Shown here piece by piece: positions 40,255-50,235 of a DNA stretch of 64,000 nt. The DNA lies in the NCBI GenBank assembly GCA_964579625.1, contig CAZOGU010000004.1:5496-69495 (forward strand). Direction: 5' to 3'. The notes beneath the pieces were generated by a model. It saw only the letters and a list, made by a program, of their open reading frames with translations, did not search any database and was not told the DNA's origin. Origin of the DNA: an uncultured Pseudobdellovibrionaceae bacterium (lineage in GTDB: Bacteria; Bdellovibrionota; Bdellovibrionia; Bdellovibrionales; JAGQZY01). How positions within the stretch are numbered: the stretch's first letter is position 1; the number at the start of each line of letters is the position of its first letter. The translations under genes and the position numbers were made by a program.

Positions 40255-41343
40255 CTAAACACACTTCTTCACAGCATCAATCACTTGCTCAATATCGGAC
40301 GTAGGCATGTCGGGATACAACGGGAGGCTGATCACGCGTTTAGAGACCTTTTCGGTCACCGGCAAGCTGACGTTCATCGACTTGTAGATGGGCTGCTCGT
40401 GCATTCCAAACGGATAGTGGATGGATGTCGGAACTCCCATTTCCTGAAGGCGCTTTGCAAACTGATCGCGGTTTTCGACGAGGAGCGTGTACTGCCCGTA
40501 AGCCGACTGTCGATCACCCTTAACCAGAGGGGTGATAAGCCCCTGCAATCCGGCAAATGCCTGATCGTAGGATTTTGCAATTTTTTGACGCTTAGCGATA
40601 GTTTCGTCATGGAATTTAAGCTTGGCTCTTACAACCACACACTGAAGCGGATCCAAACGGCCGTTCACGCCGATGTACTCGTGATAGTAGCGTTTGGTCT
40701 GCCCGTGCACGCGAATGGCTTCGAGTTTTTTTGCAAGATCAGGATTTGACGTAAAAAGAGCGCCACCGTCGCCGGCCGCTCCTAAGGGTTTGGCTGGAAA
40801 AAAGCTTGTACTGCCGATATCCGAAGCACCGCAGCTCTTTTTCCCTTTGTAGCTGGCTCCAAAACTTTGAGCGGCGTCTTCAATTACCACCAGGCCTTTT
40901 TGTTTGGCGAGAGAATTAATCTCATCCATGTCGGGCATCTGTCCAAAGAGCGACACTGGAATAATGGCTTTGGTTTTTGACGTGATCGCGCGCTCAATAA
41001 GTTCAGTTTCGATATTGTAAGTTTTTTCATTCACGTCGATAAACACAGGCTTTGCGCCGAGTGTGGAAACCACTTCGGCTGTGGAAAAAAAACTAAATGA
41101 TGGAACAATCACTTCATCACCCGGGCCTACATCCAACGCTTGAAGCGCCATCTGTAATGCAATCGTTCCGTTAGAGACGGTGAGTGCTTTTTCCACACCG
41201 ACGTATTGGGCCAAATCCTTTTCGCACGCCTCAACCTCGGGCCCTAGAATGTAATTTCCGCTCGATAAGATGTTGAGAATTTGCGGTTCAACTTCGGCCT
41301 TGATTTTTTGATACTGAGATTTTAAATCGAGGTAAGGGATCAT
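40255..41343 (-). CDS. wbpE: UDP-2-acetamido-2-deoxy-3-oxo-glucuronate aminotransferase (DegT family)
   Basis: [15 protein letters not shown] and the DegT/WbpE pattern. 4-nt overlap with rfbA. Confidence 0.8.
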   Translation of the reverse strand: MIPYLDLKSQYQKIKAEVEPQILNILSSGNYILGPEVEACEKDLAQYVGVEKALTVSNGTIALQMALQALDVGPGDEVIVPSFSFFSTAEVVSTLGAKPVFIDVNEKTYNIETELIERAITSKTKAIIPVSLFGQMPDMDEINSLAKQKGLVVIEDAAQSFGASYKGKKSCGASDIGSTSFFPAKPLGAAGDGGALFTSNPDLAKKLEAIRVHGQTKRYYHEYIGVNGRLDPLQCVVVRAKLKFHDETIAKRQKIAKSYDQAFAGLQGLITPLVKGDRQSAYGQYTLLVENRDQFAKRLQEMGVPTSIHYPFGMHEQPIYKSMNVSLPVTEKVSKRVISLPLYPDMPTSDIEQVIDAVKKCV

Positions 41344-42227
41344 AACGGAACTCCTTTGCTGTAATCACGAGCTAATTTTTTGAGATACTTTCCATAACCA
41401 CTGCCGGGCGCCGTCTCGGCAAGAGCCACAAATTTTTCCATGGAAATATAATTTTTTAAAACGGCAATTTCTTCAATACAGGCGATTTTTAAACCCTGTC
41501 TTTTTTCGATGGTCTGAACAAATTGCGAAGACTCGAGCAAAGAATCATCCGTTCCTGTATCCAGCCATGCCACCCCTCGCCCCAAAGTTTCGACGAGGAG
41601 TTTTGAATCCTTGAGATAACTCAAGTTGAGATCCGTGATCTCAAGCTCTCCACGCTGAGAAGGGCGAAGTTGCGCCGCTCGCTGAGTGACCGAGTTGTCG
41701 TAAAAATACAATCCCGTCACCGCCCAATCTGACTGGGGGTTTTTTGGTTTTTCTTCGATAGAAATGGCCTTGCCGTTTTTATCAAAACAGACCACACCGT
41801 AGCGCTCAGGGTCATTAACGCGATAAGCGAAAACTTTTGCCCCCTGCTTGAGTTGTGCTGCATTCATCAGCACTTCCGAGAGGTTCTCACCGTAAAAGAT
41901 ATTATCCCCTAAGATCAAGCACACGGAGTCGGAGCCGATAAACTCTTTGGCAATGAGAAACGCCTGAGCAATACCCTCAGGTTTTTCCTGAACGGCGTAA
42001 GTGATTTCAATTCCCACTTGCGAGCCATCTTTAAGAAGGGATTGAATCATCGGGACATCGCGAGTCGTGCTGATGATCAGAATTTCGCGAATTCCCGCCT
42101 GCATTAGGCTCGAGAGCGGATAGTAAATGGTCGGCTTGTCATAAACAGGTAAAATCTGTTTGCTAACGGCCACTGTGGTTGGAAATAGACGTGTGCCACT
42201 GCCACCTGCGAGAATAATACCCTTCAT
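41340..42227 (-). CDS. rfbA: Glucose-1-phosphate thymidylyltransferase
   Basis: [27 protein letters not shown]. Confidence 0.93.
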   Translation of the reverse strand: MKGIILAGGSGTRLFPTTVAVSKQILPVYDKPTIYYPLSSLMQAGIREILIISTTRDVPMIQSLLKDGSQVGIEITYAVQEKPEGIAQAFLIAKEFIGSDSVCLILGDNIFYGENLSEVLMNAAQLKQGAKVFAYRVNDPERYGVVCFDKNGKAISIEEKPKNPQSDWAVTGLYFYDNSVTQRAAQLRPSQRGELEITDLNLSYLKDSKLLVETLGRGVAWLDTGTDDSLLESSQFVQTIEKRQGLKIACIEEIAVLKNYISMEKFVALAETAPGSGYGKYLKKLARDYSKGVPL

Positions 42228-42311
42228 CCCTCTCTCCTTCGAAGAGGTCTTATAACCCCTTTATTTTGTGATTGCAAAACCCTCTTGGGGGAATGTATCA
42301 AAAGCGCTGCA

Positions 42312-42869
42312 ATGAGTGATTTTTTCTCCCCGACGCCTATATCGGATTTATTCATTTACAAGCCCAAAGTCTTTAAGGACCAGAGAGGTTCCTTTTTTGA
42401 GAGCTATAACGCCTCCCACTTCGAAGCCATGGGCATTTCCTCGCGTTTTGTGCAGGACAATCGCTCCGTCTCGCAAAAAGGCACGCTTCGTGGGCTTCAT
42501 ATGCAGGTTGGTGACTTTGCACAGGCGAAGCTGGTGAGTGTTCTGCAAGGTCACGTCTATGACGTGGCGGTGGATCTTCGCCCCTCCTCCCCCACCTTTA
42601 AAAAATGGTACGGAATTCACCTGAAGGCCGAAGATCCAGTTTCTCTTTACATTCCTCGCGGGTTCGCGCACGGGTTTTTGGTGCTCAGTGAGACCGCTGA
42701 ATTTTTTTACAAAGTCGACAATTTTTACAACAAAACCAGCGAACGAGGCATTGCCTACAACGATTCTGAGCTCAACATCGCATGGCCGCTCGCCGCTGAA
42801 CAATTGATTCTTTCGGACAAAGACAAAGCTTTGGGCTCCCTTCAGAACTGGGTCAAGGAGTTCACATGA
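42312..42869 (+). CDS. rfbC: dTDP-4-dehydrorhamnose 3,5-epimerase
   Basis: FKDQRGSFFESY, RGLHMQ and PRGFAHGF motifs. Start placed at the ATG at 42312. Confidence 0.9.
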   Translation: MSDFFSPTPISDLFIYKPKVFKDQRGSFFESYNASHFEAMGISSRFVQDNRSVSQKGTLRGLHMQVGDFAQAKLVSVLQGHVYDVAVDLRPSSPTFKKWYGIHLKAEDPVSLYIPRGFAHGFLVLSETAEFFYKVDNFYNKTSERGIAYNDSELNIAWPLAAEQLILSDKDKALGSLQNWVKEFT

Positions 42870-43870
42870 AGCCCACCCTGATTGTCACCGGCGCGGCAGG
42901 TTTTATTGGTAGCAACTTTATAAAAAAAATTGCTGCACAAAATTCGGATCGTTATGATTTTGCCATCGTAGACGCCCTCACCTACGCCGGTCGTATTCAA
43001 ACCATCAGTGAGGACTTAGAAAAAAACAAAAGCCTTTCGTTTCATAAAATTGATATTCACAACAGCCACGAGGTTTCCACACTTTTTCAAAATCTATCGC
43101 CTGTCGGAGTGATTCATTTTGCAGCCGAATCTCACGTGGATCGCTCGATCACCAATCCTAATATTTTTGTCGAAACAAATGTGATTGGGACTTTGAATCT
43201 TCTCAACAGCTCCTTAAAACTCGCGGAAAAAAATCCGTCATTTAAATTTGTCCACGTAAGCACCGACGAAGTCTACGGCTCTTTGCAAGAGGGCGATCCC
43301 GCTTTTAGTGAGCAAACTCCATTGGCTGCTAACAGCCCGTATAGCGCAAGTAAAGCGAGCTCGGATCTTCTGGTTCGTGCTTATGTTGAAACTTTTAAAC
43401 TCAATGCCTGCATCACTCGCTGTTCGAACAATTACGGTCCCTATCAGTTTCCAGAAAAGCTGATTCCGCTGATGACGATGAGTGCCCTCAACGATAAAAA
43501 GTTACCCGTCTACGGAAACGGCCGCAATATCCGCGACTGGATTTACGTGGACGATCACAATCGTGGCGTCTGGCAAGTTTTTGAAAAAGGCCGCGCCGGC
43601 GAAATTTATAACTTTGGTGGCAACGCCGAAAAACGAAATATCGACATTGTAAAAACGATTCTTACTCTTCTTAAAAAGCCAGAGAACTTGATTGAATTTG
43701 TCGAAGATCGAAAAGGCCACGACTGGCGCTATGCGATGGACTTTTCCAAAGCCACCAAAGAGTTCGGCTGGAAGCCCCAGGTGTCTTTTGAGCAGGGTCT
43801 CGCCCAAACGGTGGAGTGGTATCAAAACCGTTTGGACTGGATTCAGATGGTCAAAGAAACAGCGGTTTGA
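42866..43870 (+). CDS. rfbB: dTDP-glucose 4,6-dehydratase
   Basis: TGAAGFIGSNF, STDEVYG and YSASKASSD (YxxxK). 4-nt overlap with rfbC. Confidence 0.93.
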   Translation: MKPTLIVTGAAGFIGSNFIKKIAAQNSDRYDFAIVDALTYAGRIQTISEDLEKNKSLSFHKIDIHNSHEVSTLFQNLSPVGVIHFAAESHVDRSITNPNIFVETNVIGTLNLLNSSLKLAEKNPSFKFVHVSTDEVYGSLQEGDPAFSEQTPLAANSPYSASKASSDLLVRAYVETFKLNACITRCSNNYGPYQFPEKLIPLMTMSALNDKKLPVYGNGRNIRDWIYVDDHNRGVWQVFEKGRAGEIYNFGGNAEKRNIDIVKTILTLLKKPENLIEFVEDRKGHDWRYAMDFSKATKEFGWKPQVSFEQGLAQTVEWYQNRLDWIQMVKETAV

Positions 43871-43968
43871 AAAAACTGCAGAACTGTCTAAAAATTGGAA
43901 CGGCTCTCACCCTCAATCAGTGTCTTAGAGTTCAGCCGTTGGCGCTCAACTTGCAAAGGAAAATACGA

Positions 43969-44541
43969 ATGTTACAGCGCTTTTTCGTCCTGATTTCACT
44001 CTCGCTTTTTGCTTCTGTGGTTTGTGCCGAAAATCAGTGCCGCGATCTATTTTCTATTGTTGTTCTTCGCGACCACGAAGAAATTAAACTGTATCCCGAT
44101 GAGTTTATTTACAGAGACAAAATTCATAAATTTCAGTTTGAAGCGACCCTTTACAGTGATGGCATGATTTTTATTGATGTTCTTCTTCGTAAGGAAAACG
44201 GCGCTCGGAGCGAACAACGAGGCGCCGATCTTTACAAACTGATGGTGAAACACTTTGGACTCAAAAATATTCGCGGTTTTGAAGACTCATGGTACGGCGG
44301 AGATAATTTGAAGGAGTATTATAGCAACCTCAACAGGGGTATGACGCGCGAAGAAGCCGCTCGCCACACGTGGTCTGGACGGCAGGCCGCAAAGTATGGC
44401 TTCACCTATGTTCGCTCTGTGGGGCCTATCAAGGACGACATGGATTTTGAATTTAGTGAGTACGTCCCTGTTGTAAAAAATCATCGCATTTCTCGTGCCA
44501 TCAAAGCTGTTTTCACACGCCCTCCAGAGAACGAACCTTAG
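43969..44541 (+). CDS. Secreted hypothetical protein
   Basis: The ATG at 43969 follows AAAGGA. Signal peptide (FFVLISLSLFASVVCA). No family recognised. Confidence 0.5.
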   Translation: MLQRFFVLISLSLFASVVCAENQCRDLFSIVVLRDHEEIKLYPDEFIYRDKIHKFQFEATLYSDGMIFIDVLLRKENGARSEQRGADLYKLMVKHFGLKNIRGFEDSWYGGDNLKEYYSNLNRGMTREEAARHTWSGRQAAKYGFTYVRSVGPIKDDMDFEFSEYVPVVKNHRISRAIKAVFTRPPENEP

Positions 44542-44572
44542 AGTCTATCTTATAAGTAGTCGTAAGATGGCT

Positions 44573-45451
44573 CTAGGAATTTGCGACCCAATAAAATAAG
44601 CGTTCAAAGGCATGTGCTGTGAGGCCATCAATCGTGGGCGATTCCTCTTCGAACAGAGAATCCACGTCTCCCAATTGCAATACTTTTTGCAAAGCCTGGG
44701 GGCGAAACCAAAACATTGTACCGGCAATAAACAAAAAGTCTTTCTGAGGAAAAACGAGACCCATTTTTTGCAGCAACTCTTTCATTCGCGCTCTATTCCC
44801 TCCGATAAAGAGAGAAACAGGAAGCAGGCTGTTGCTTGGTGCGATGATTCGAGTTGAAGAGTTGCTTGTTTGCAATCTTTCAAAACTCTTTTCACCGAGG
44901 AGATCGCCGATCAGATCTTGGCGCCATAGCTCCCCGTCCCGAATTTGCGGTGAGCGTTTGCTGTGGATTTTACAAACCCATTCGTAGGCTAAAAGCTCAG
45001 GATAAATTTTTAAAAACGGGTACACATCACGCCCTCGATTGGGAAACTGATAAAGCTTCACCTGGCCTTTATAGGGACTTAACTTTGCAAAAAAATCTTT
45101 ATCCACAGAAGGACCTAAGGAAATGTAAAAATCCATTCTCTCTTTTTTGACAACGGGCTGATCTAACAGCTCTTGAAGCACGTCGCTGTAGTACAGGTGA
45201 GCGCACACGGCTCTTGGCTGTGACTTCTGAAAAACACGATTAAACTCTTCCATCTGTGATTGAACTTGGGCCTGACTGAGCCATTCTGGACTCACTGAGT
45301 TGACTCGATAGAATGGAAAAAAATAAGATCGAAAATAACGAGCTGCGCGGTAAAACAGCCAACCACTGTAACCCTTGAGAACCAATCCCAATGCCTTGAG
45401 CACGTATTCCATTGTCTTTTTCATTGCGACCTCAAGATAAACAACTGACAT
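44573..45451 (-). CDS. RgpF-like (rhamnan synthesis protein F family) glycosyltransferase
   Basis: CAHLYYSDV, NRGRDVYPF, KIHSKRS and GELWR resemble the RgpF family pattern from memory. Confidence 0.6.
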   Translation of the reverse strand: MSVVYLEVAMKKTMEYVLKALGLVLKGYSGWLFYRAARYFRSYFFPFYRVNSVSPEWLSQAQVQSQMEEFNRVFQKSQPRAVCAHLYYSDVLQELLDQPVVKKERMDFYISLGPSVDKDFFAKLSPYKGQVKLYQFPNRGRDVYPFLKIYPELLAYEWVCKIHSKRSPQIRDGELWRQDLIGDLLGEKSFERLQTSNSSTRIIAPSNSLLPVSLFIGGNRARMKELLQKMGLVFPQKDFLFIAGTMFWFRPQALQKVLQLGDVDSLFEEESPTIDGLTAHAFERLFYWVANS

Positions 45452-45543
45452 AATTTTACAGGTCAGTCCACAACTCCCCTTGCGGGCCTTATTTATATTG
45501 ATTTTTGCTATGCATTAAAATAGAACCATCTCTCGGTTTTTGT

Positions 45544-46452
45544 ATGAATAAATCTATGAACTTTGACTTGATTGTCTCCATCGTTATTTACAATCCCGCT
45601 TTGCCGCTTTTGCAGCAAACCCTCGATAGCCTTTCAAACTCAAAGTTAAAAATCCAAGTGGCTCTTTTTGACAATTCAAAAAATCCATTAAACCCGGCAG
45701 AGCTGCGTTGTCAGCAACCTCTCGATTATGTTTTCAACAACAAAAATATCGGCTACGGCTCGGGACACAATCAAAACATGCGAAAATGGGCCCAACAAGC
45801 GCCTTACTTTTTAATCCTCAATCCCGACGTTTTTTTCGAGGCCTCTCTGCTCGACACTCTTCATCAGCGCATGGAGCAAGATCAAAACATTGGGGTCTGC
45901 GTGCCTAAAATTTGTCATCCCACGGGGGATATTCAGTTGATTCATCGTCGTCTGCCACGCCCGCAAGATTATTTAATGAGTTTTTTAAATAATAAATTTA
46001 AAACAGAACGGTTTAAAACTCCGGGATACCAAAAATACTTGCTCGAAGACTTTGACACCTCTCAATCCTTTGTTTGCCCCATTATCTCGGGGTGTTTTAT
46101 GTTTTTTCGCCAGCAGGCTTTATTAAGTGTGGGCGGTTTTGATGAGCGCTTTTTCCTTTATCTCGAAGATACAGATTTATCGCGACGAGTGTCGGAACAG
46201 TTTCAGGCGGTGGTCTTTTCGGATCTCATCGCCTACCATTACTGGTCGCGTGGAGCCTATAAGAGTTTAAAACTATTTACGATGTTTGTACGCAACTTGA
46301 TCCGTTATTTTAATAAATGGGGTTGGATTTTTGATTCCAAGCGCGACCAACTCAATTCTCTGGTCCGACCTTATTCGCTGCAAGCCAACACAGCTGTCGG
46401 CAAAGAAAGTTCTGTTTTGAATCCTGTTCCTGTTTTTGATACTGTTAAATAA
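45544..46452 (+). CDS. GT2 glycosyltransferase, rhamnosyltransferase-like
   Basis: VSIVIYN.., NIGYGSGHN and YLEDTDLSRR motifs. Confidence 0.7.
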   Translation: MNKSMNFDLIVSIVIYNPALPLLQQTLDSLSNSKLKIQVALFDNSKNPLNPAELRCQQPLDYVFNNKNIGYGSGHNQNMRKWAQQAPYFLILNPDVFFEASLLDTLHQRMEQDQNIGVCVPKICHPTGDIQLIHRRLPRPQDYLMSFLNNKFKTERFKTPGYQKYLLEDFDTSQSFVCPIISGCFMFFRQQALLSVGGFDERFFLYLEDTDLSRRVSEQFQAVVFSDLIAYHYWSRGAYKSLKLFTMFVRNLIRYFNKWGWIFDSKRDQLNSLVRPYSLQANTAVGKESSVLNPVPVFDTVK

Positions 46453-46473
46453 CTGTTATAAAAAGGAAGTTCT

Positions 46474-47691
46474 TTGGCGGCGCTGATTCCCATTTTTTTT
46501 GTGTACTTCTGTAGCCTTCATTTATCTGTGGCTGCCATGGAAACATTGGGGCCATTGGTCTTTCTTTCGAGCCTTGGTATCGCTATTTATAAAAAATCAG
46601 TTATCTGGCCCTCACGATGGACTTGTATTGCCATGGTTGGCCTTTTAACAACAGCCCTTCTGAGCTTTGTGATCAACAGCCTTCCTTCGGAAGATTTTTT
46701 AGATTACATAGGCGAATTTCGTTGGATGTTGGGGTTTCTAGGATTCTTACAATTTTTTAATCTTTTTTATAAAAAAATTAATTTCCAAAAACTCTTCTTT
46801 GCAGCTCAGTGTGTCCTCATCGTCGCTGGGTTCTATTGCTTTTATCAATTTTTTACAGCACACGATCCCTTCCGTCCCAATGTTGTTTTTCACCAGATTT
46901 ACGCTGGTTCACCATACTGGCGCCCCAATTCATTTTTTGGTTTGCCGACAACCTACGCCTATGCGAGCGCTATGTTCTTTTGCATGAGTCTGGCATTTTG
47001 GTTGCGCGAAAAACAACCCACGGGTTGGCAAAATCGCATCACTCGTTTTTACTTTTTTATCTCTGCATTTAATATTTTTCTTACCTTCACACGAGCGGCA
47101 TGGGTGGCTTTTTTTGCGAGCACGCTCAATGTTCTTTATTTTGTAAATCGAAAATTTTGTATGCGTGTGGCTTTGGCATTTTTTCTGTTTGTCGCCGCTT
47201 TTTATACGAGCATGCCTTCTTTTCAAAACCGAATTCAGTCCATGTACGACCCGACTTATATTGCTAACCACAACCGCATCTACTTGTGGAAGGCGAATCT
47301 GAATATTTTTAAAGAAAACCCGTGGTTTGGAATTGGTTTTGACGAGAACCGTAAACAGATTGAAAAATATCTCGCGCCTTTTAATAAACCGGAAGTGATG
47401 CGCAATCATCCGCACAGCACCTATATTAACTTCTTAGCCGGTTTAGGTCTTTTTGGGTTTGTCTTTTTTATGATTTTTGTTGGAACAAACCTCAAACACA
47501 CCATCGCTGGTATACGCTTTACGCAAAACTCAACACATAAAACATTTTATATTGGAGCCTTGGGGCTTCAGATGGTTTTATTGATTGGCGGGCTCACCGA
47601 GTGCAATTTTGAAGACATCGAACTCACCCATCAGTACATTCTTTTTACAGCCCTGGTCGAATACCTAAGACAGCAAGATTTTCCCTCTTAG
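46474..47691 (+). CDS. O-antigen ligase family (Wzy_C domain) membrane protein
   Basis: About 11 TM segments. LTFTRAAWVAF and NHPHSTYINFLAGLGLFG motifs. Ligase rather than polymerase is inferred from the ABC-type export genes. Confidence 0.7.
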   Translation: MAALIPIFFVYFCSLHLSVAAMETLGPLVFLSSLGIAIYKKSVIWPSRWTCIAMVGLLTTALLSFVINSLPSEDFLDYIGEFRWMLGFLGFLQFFNLFYKKINFQKLFFAAQCVLIVAGFYCFYQFFTAHDPFRPNVVFHQIYAGSPYWRPNSFFGLPTTYAYASAMFFCMSLAFWLREKQPTGWQNRITRFYFFISAFNIFLTFTRAAWVAFFASTLNVLYFVNRKFCMRVALAFFLFVAAFYTSMPSFQNRIQSMYDPTYIANHNRIYLWKANLNIFKENPWFGIGFDENRKQIEKYLAPFNKPEVMRNHPHSTYINFLAGLGLFGFVFFMIFVGTNLKHTIAGIRFTQNSTHKTFYIGALGLQMVLLIGGLTECNFEDIELTHQYILFTALVEYLRQQDFPS

Positions 47692-47708
47692 ACGGGCGTC
47701 TAGATCAC

Positions 47709-48416
47709 TTAAACTTCGATGGTGCCGATACCAAATCCACACTGCTTGGGATTATCGATATACTCTTTGCTCGACGGGTGAAGCTTTTTTAAGCGCGACC
47801 AAAAATAATACACCTGGTTCGTTGGAAAGGGCTGATTTTCAACGATATCATGAAACGCCACTAACCCTCCAGGTCTTACAAACTCAATGTAATCGTTAAA
47901 ATCTTGTTCCACACCTTTTTCTGTATGATCCCCGTCAATAAAAAGAAAATCCACTTTTTGATTATTGAGCGCTTTGCGCACAAGTTCTTTAAATTCTGGA
48001 CGATGGGAATCTCCCTGCAAGTTGATCACTTTGCATTTTGATCCTGGTGGCGGAAGTTTTTTGTAAAATTCGGTTTTATAGCCAGGGCCATTGAGATCAC
48101 ATGAAACCACCAAATCGGATGCCAACTGTGTCCACGCAAACAGTGTCCCCCCGCGAGCTGTTCCGATCTCTAAAACAACTTTGGGTTTCAGCTCGCTCAC
48201 CCGCTCCACCAGCGATACAAATTCACTGCGAATTTGAATAGAATCCAGACGGTAATACCCCGAGGACGGGAACTTCATGCCGTAATCGACGATTTCTGCA
48301 ATCGAGCGTTTTTTTGCATGAAATTTTTTAAGCTCTCTATGGGCAAAAAATTTGCAAAACGGCAGTCGCAGTTTTCGTATCATCGATCTTTCAATGGTTT
48401 CCATGAGAGTCTCCAA
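47709..48416 (-). CDS. Class I SAM-dependent methyltransferase (TylF/CmcI-like)
   Basis: VLEIGTARGGT, FLFIDGDHT and GGLVAFHD. Confidence 0.75.
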   Translation of the reverse strand: METLMETIERSMIRKLRLPFCKFFAHRELKKFHAKKRSIAEIVDYGMKFPSSGYYRLDSIQIRSEFVSLVERVSELKPKVVLEIGTARGGTLFAWTQLASDLVVSCDLNGPGYKTEFYKKLPPPGSKCKVINLQGDSHRPEFKELVRKALNNQKVDFLFIDGDHTEKGVEQDFNDYIEFVRPGGLVAFHDIVENQPFPTNQVYYFWSRLKKLHPSSKEYIDNPKQCGFGIGTIEV

Positions 48417-49497
48417 TCAATTCTTCTAATTTTGCAAAATGGTCCTGTGCACGAAAGAGTTGTAGATACTTTTTGAGGCCAGCGTCCACAAATTGTTTTC
48501 GCAACTGTTCATTTTTCATAAGCGTACTGATTTTTTGCGCAAACCCTTCAATATCGTTGGGCGAAAAAGTAAAGCCCGAGACGCCGTCTTCGATGATTTC
48601 AGGAACACCGCCAGTATTGCTGCCAATCACGGCCACACCAGCGGCCATGGCCTCAATCAGAACAATGCCAAACGTTTCCTGATCGCTTGGCAAGGCAACA
48701 ACATCAAAGCACCCCATGAGTTCGGATGGATTTTTTTGAAAACCACACCAGTACACGCAGTCTTGTAATTTTTCGCTGAGGATATAGGCTTTGATTTGTT
48801 CTTCATAACCGTCTCCTCCCATAAAATGACCAAAAAAGTAAATCTGAAATTCCAAACCTTGTTTTTTAAGAGCGGACAAAGCCTCAAGAAGTCGCCACTG
48901 ACCCTTGCTTTTTTCGATTCGCGAAAACATAGCCACTTTAAAACGAGTGGAAGGAAATTGTGTCAAAAAGGCTTTTTGCCTCTCCGAATTTAGTTGGGGC
49001 TGGGGTACACCGTAATACAAACGTGAAACCTTTTCCGGAGCGAGTGGCACCCTCTCCAAAACGTCTCTTTTGAGTTTTTCCGTCACACAGATCATGCGAT
49101 CCACCTGTGAATAAACCCAACGATGATACAAGTCCTTTTTTGATCCAGGCATTTCCATTTGACGTGTATGAATAAAAATCATCTTTTGACGACTCAGTTG
49201 TTTTGCCAATGCAACAATCGGTAAATCTTTGGCAAAATGCACATGAACGATATCAATCTGTTTTTTTTCAAAAAGCCTGGCGAGCTGAAAAGCGGCGCGC
49301 AGCGAACCACCCCACCCTTTTTTGCTGATAAGATGAGGCTCAATTTGGCTTTTAGTCAGAAGCTCCTGAAGTCGGCTCTGTGGCACCGTGACAGCTGTCA
49401 GTTTGTGAGGGGTTGTTTTAAAATACTCACAGCACCAATAAAAGTAGAGCTCAAGCCCCCCGAGGGAGTCATTTAAACACACTTCGGCGATGTTCAT
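48391..49497 (-). CDS. GT4/group 1 glycosyltransferase
   Basis: ETFGIVLIEAMAAGVAVIGSNTGGVPEII. The ATG at 49497 forms an ATGA overlap with the upstream stop. Confidence 0.85.
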   Translation of the reverse strand: MNIAEVCLNDSLGGLELYFYWCCEYFKTTPHKLTAVTVPQSRLQELLTKSQIEPHLISKKGWGGSLRAAFQLARLFEKKQIDIVHVHFAKDLPIVALAKQLSRQKMIFIHTRQMEMPGSKKDLYHRWVYSQVDRMICVTEKLKRDVLERVPLAPEKVSRLYYGVPQPQLNSERQKAFLTQFPSTRFKVAMFSRIEKSKGQWRLLEALSALKKQGLEFQIYFFGHFMGGDGYEEQIKAYILSEKLQDCVYWCGFQKNPSELMGCFDVVALPSDQETFGIVLIEAMAAGVAVIGSNTGGVPEIIEDGVSGFTFSPNDIEGFAQKISTLMKNEQLRKQFVDAGLKKYLQLFRAQDHFAKLEELIGDSHGNH

Positions 49498-50225
49498 ATC
49501 CGAGCCAGTTTCCAAACTGAGCGAAATGTCTTTTGAAGATTCTTCTTTAAAAAAGACGTGGGTAGCCAACGACAAATGGAATTTACAATTTTAAGCTTGA
49601 ACGGCATCGATTTTTCGTACTCATTTTTCCACGCTTGCATTTTATCACCTGTGGAAAACATATCAACGCCAGCAAACTTCTCTTCAAACGGAAAAGAGTC
49701 TTTCCAGAAAAAGCTCATGATGGATTCTGTATGGATTAAATAATATCCTCTTTGCTCCGTATAAGAGAGAGGGGTTTTTTGCGTGAAGTACAATCCGCCA
49801 TTTTGCGCCTCCACAAACCAACGGTGATGCTGAAAGCCGGTAAAATCAAATCCCTGAACGCCGTAAAGCATTTCTGCGGCACGGGTGGGGGTTTCGATAT
49901 AACCTGCCTTAGACACTCTCACCATTTCGCTACACACCCAAAGAGGGTCACGAATGTCTTCTAAAACATGGGAACAAATCACAAAATCAAATTGTTTATC
50001 TTTAAATGGCCATGGTTTTCGACCACAAATATCAAACTCAATCCATGTGTCTTTATTAAATCGCTCGGGCTGACCAAGCTGGCCAGTTTTACCGCGAGTT
50101 TCGTAAGAGAGAGCGTCCATAACATAGTCCGCTCTTTCAAAAGGGTGGGCCCAACCACCGATGTCTAAAACAACATCTGTGTCTTTAATGGCCTTGAGAA
50201 CTTTGGGAAGATTGTCTTTGTGCAT
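49494..50225 (-). CDS. Class I SAM-dependent methyltransferase
   Basis: VLDIGGW.. and FDFVICSHVLEDIRDP. Confidence 0.7.
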   Translation of the reverse strand: MHKDNLPKVLKAIKDTDVVLDIGGWAHPFERADYVMDALSYETRGKTGQLGQPERFNKDTWIEFDICGRKPWPFKDKQFDFVICSHVLEDIRDPLWVCSEMVRVSKAGYIETPTRAAEMLYGVQGFDFTGFQHHRWFVEAQNGGLYFTQKTPLSYTEQRGYYLIHTESIMSFFWKDSFPFEEKFAGVDMFSTGDKMQAWKNEYEKSMPFKLKIVNSICRWLPTSFLKKNLQKTFRSVWKLARI

Positions 50226-50235
50226 ACGAGGATCT

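Noticed and set aside
39363-42803. Antisense ORFs of 144-154 aa (39363-39797, 40285-40749, 42348-42803)
   Set aside because: They lie opposite the strongly identified wbpA, wbpE and rfbC genes and have no independent motifs.
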